Shown here: piece by piece, positions 61,763 through 64,000 of the stretch
How positions within the stretch are numbered: position 1 is the stretch's first letter
Layout: each line of letters begins with the position of its first letter
Assembly: GCA_963816145.1 (NCBI GenBank)
Contig: CAWFJP010000011.1
Coordinates: 448,001 to 512,000 of the forward strand
Length of the DNA: 64,000 bases
Direction of reading: 5' to 3'
From: an uncultured delta proteobacterium
GTDB lineage: Bacteria > Desulfobacterota > Binatia > UBA9968
Position numbers and translations under genes: made by a program
The notes under the pieces: generated by a model
The model's input: only the letters and a program-made list of their open reading frames with translations
The model's database searches: none
What the model was told of the DNA's origin: nothing

Positions 61763-62830
61763 CTATCTGCCCCACAGCTCCTTCTGAAAACCGCTTCGCT
61801 CCAAATTGTTGACGAAGCTGTTATCGTAGATATCCTCGGCTCTACGTTTAACCGGCGTGCCCAAAGAACGATAGAGCTCGAGCGAATCGTTCACGGCTTG
61901 ACCCGGCACGATCATGCGCCGGTCGACAATGTCTTTGGTGTAGACATTGTACGACACCTGTAACGCTTCCTCGTCTTTCGTCCGCATGATTTTGGCGATG
62001 GCGGATTTAGTTATGCCCGGGTTCTTGTCGACGTAGTGGATCGCTTCGGCGAATGCCGCGACCATGCGCTGGACCACTTCGGGTCGGTCGCGCACCGTGC
62101 GCGAAGTCGCGTGGAGCGAGCTGTATATGAATGGAATGTCCATGTCGATCAGGCGGTACAGCACGTTGTAGCCGTCGTTCTTGGCGCGCACATCGATGGG
62201 CGGTGTGATGACGACGCCTTGCACCAGGTTGGCAACCATCGCTTGGTAGCGCTCGTTCTGACTGCCGCCGATGGGCCGCATGATCACGTCCGGAACGTTG
62301 AAACGCTTGACCATGGCGCGCGATAAGCGATCGCTCAGATCGCCGGCCCGCGCCACCCCCAGCGCTTTACCCTTGAGATCCTCCATGCGGCGAATCTCCT
62401 GGCGCGTCACCAAAACGTACGGCAATTTCACTAGCGGCGCGGCGACCAACTTAACGTCGATGCCGGCCGCAAGCGACGGCAATGTCGCATCGGCTGCGCA
62501 ATAGAGAAATTGAATCTCGTCGGCGATCAGCGCGGCCAGTGCCGGACCGCTGCCGCGAATAAACACATGCTCCATTTTGAAACCGTATTTGTCGAACAGA
62601 TTATTTTCCAGCGCGGTATAGAGATGCGCGAACCCGCCAGACACAGCGCAAGTCGCGATGCGGATGGTTATGGGCCGCTCACCGGGTCGGGCGAGATAAG
62701 GATTAATCTCGGCGAATGCGGCGTTGTTAAGAACCAACGTCAGTGTGAGCAGCGCCAATGACTGAATGAATAACTTGGACAAACCGACATGCCCGTTGAA
62801 ACGTTTGATCGTCGCAAACCCCAGAGCCAT
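61763..62830 (-). CDS. ABC-type substrate-binding protein, NMT1/TauA/SsuA family
   Basis: Signal peptide, LFDKYG, EDLKGKALGV and C-terminal DNSFVNNLERSGFQKELW. Confidence 0.85.
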   Translation of the reverse strand: MALGFATIKRFNGHVGLSKLFIQSLALLTLTLVLNNAAFAEINPYLARPGERPITIRIATCAVSGGFAHLYTALENNLFDKYGFKMEHVFIRGSGPALAALIADEIQFLYCAADATLPSLAAGIDVKLVAAPLVKLPYVLVTRQEIRRMEDLKGKALGVARAGDLSDRLSRAMVKRFNVPDVIMRPIGGSQNERYQAMVANLVQGVVITPPIDVRAKNDGYNVLYRLIDMDIPFIYSSLHATSRTVRDRPEVVQRMVAAFAEAIHYVDKNPGITKSAIAKIMRTKDEEALQVSYNVYTKDIVDRRMIVPGQAVNDSLELYRSLGTPVKRRAEDIYDNSFVNNLERSGFQKELWGR

Positions 62831-63055
62831 TTAGATACCTCGCTTGAAACTTAATCCGGTTTCCGGCGCGGATATTAGACTATTCTCGCGGGCTGCTCAA
62901 TCCACGAAATCGCAAATTCATCGCGCAGGGCATGGCGGCTCGAGCGGGTGGCAGGCGTCAACGTGACGGCGCAGCCACCGGTCAACAGTCTCGCAATGAC
63001 CATATAACTAACGAGGAATCGGAATAACACTGTAGCTGTCGAAGGAACATGGAAG

Positions 63056-63120
63056 GAAAAACTGAAGACCGCTCACCTGCCGGGAGGTTGCTTGGGAGGC
63101 ATGGCAAGCTGAGCGGTCTC
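63056..63120 (-). terminator. Long-stem intrinsic terminator after degP, with a large CCUCCC-containing loop
   Basis: Minus strand AGACCGCTCA...TGAGCGGTCT stem followed by TCAGTTTTT. Confidence 0.6.
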
Positions 63121-63133
63121 AACCCGTCGCTGG

Positions 63134-64000
63134 TCAGCGTTTCAAAGCCAGGAACAAACTGCTCTGACCGCGGCGAACCAAAAACAAGACGGACTTCGTT
63201 TTATCGTTGCGGGCGATCTCACGATTGTAGTCGGCGAGATTTTTCACCGGTTGGCGATTGAGCTCGACGATAACGTCGCCGGAGCGCAAGCCCGCTTCTT
63301 CGGCGGCGCTGCCCGACTTCACCGCCGAGATAACCAGTCCCTCCGTTCGTTCCAGACCGAGATTTTCGGCCAGTTGCGGTGTCAACGGTTGAACCGTCAA
63401 ACCGAGCTCGCCTTCCTGCGTCGATGCGGCGACTTCGGTCTCCTTCATCTCGCCTACGGTGAGCGGCAATGTGGTCTCCTTGCCATCGCGAATCACTTTG
63501 ACTTGCACCGCCGAACCTGGCGTCACCCGCGCTACCTGCTGCGGTAGGTCGGCCGAGTCTTTGATCGGTCTACGGTCGAACTCGACAATCACATCGCCGG
63601 TTTTCACGCCAGCGCGCTCCGCCGGTCCACCCTTGACTAGGTCGGCGACTAGGGCTCCCCGCGCCGGATTGATGCCGAGAGATTCGGCGATCTCCGGGCT
63701 AACCTTTTGCACCGACGCGCCGATGAAACCGCGCACGACTTTGCCCTTGTCGCGCAACTGCGGCAACAATTCTTTGACTGCATTGGATGGGATGGCAAAA
63801 CCGATGCCGATGTTGCCGCCGGATTGGCTGAAGATCGCGGAATTAATGCCGACAACCTCGCCGCGCAAATTGATCAGCGGCCCGCCGGAATTGCCGGGAT
63901 TGATCGAAGCATCGGTCTGAATGAAGTTGTCATACGGCCCTTGGCCGATGTTGCGCCCCTTAGCGCTGACGATACCGGAAGTAACCGTATGATCGAGGCC
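63134..64000 (-). CDS. degP: DegP/DegQ family serine endoprotease with two PDZ domains (5' part outside the window)
   Basis: [24 protein letters not shown] and two PDZ domains; the frame is open to the window edge. Confidence 0.92.
   Translation of the reverse strand, partial: GLDHTVTSGIVSAKGRNIGQGPYDNFIQTDASINPGNSGGPLINLRGEVVGINSAIFSQSGGNIGIGFAIPSNAVKELLPQLRDKGKVVRGFIGASVQKVSPEIAESLGINPARGALVADLVKGGPAERAGVKTGDVIVEFDRRPIKDSADLPQQVARVTPGSAVQVKVIRDGKETTLPLTVGEMKETEVAASTQEGELGLTVQPLTPQLAENLGLERTEGLVISAVKSGSAAEEAGLRSGDVIVELNRQPVKNLADYNREIARNDKTKSVLFLVRRGQSSLFLALKR

Overview
A moderately GC-rich bacterial chromosome segment. Gene content suggests a deltaproteobacteria-like lineage such as Candidatus Binatia (inference only, no search run). 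It has four blocks. (1) 1-24 kb is an accessory catabolic region: ftsH paralog, DoxX, flavoprotein, PQQ sugar dehydrogenase, five substrate-binding proteins (SBPs) with no permeases, a double-VOC protein, a Rieske oxygenase, two 4,5-dihydroxyphthalate-decarboxylase-family proteins, a maleate-isomerase-family protein and an amidohydrolase. It also holds an island with an orphan histidine kinase, a stand-alone sensor and a QseG-like lipoprotein. (2) 24-38.4 kb is core genes: thiD, pyrF, proS, ispG, jag-yidC-yidD-rnpA-rpmH, gpsA, gyrA and gyrB, with no dnaA/dnaN/recF. (3) 38.6-47.9 kb is a cobalamin locus: divergent cobS, tonB, btuB/F/C/D, cobQ and two cobalamin riboswitches. (4) 47.9-64 kb holds acyl-CoA dehydrogenases, an SDR, several proteases, an aldolase, an amidohydrolase and a sixth SBP. 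No rRNA, complete tRNA, CRISPR array, integrase, transposase or reverse transcriptase was seen. The main unexplained signals are: three decayed 'shadow' copies of nearby genes, each downstream of its intact paralog; a gene flanked by inverted composite REP-like elements; a split QseEG-like signalling module; a cobalamin riboswitch with a ~60-nt hairpin in its P4 loop; a candidate 3'-UTR sRNA with two anti-Shine-Dalgarno loops; and a CobS lacking its conserved motifs. None is shown here to be a new system; all are leads to test.
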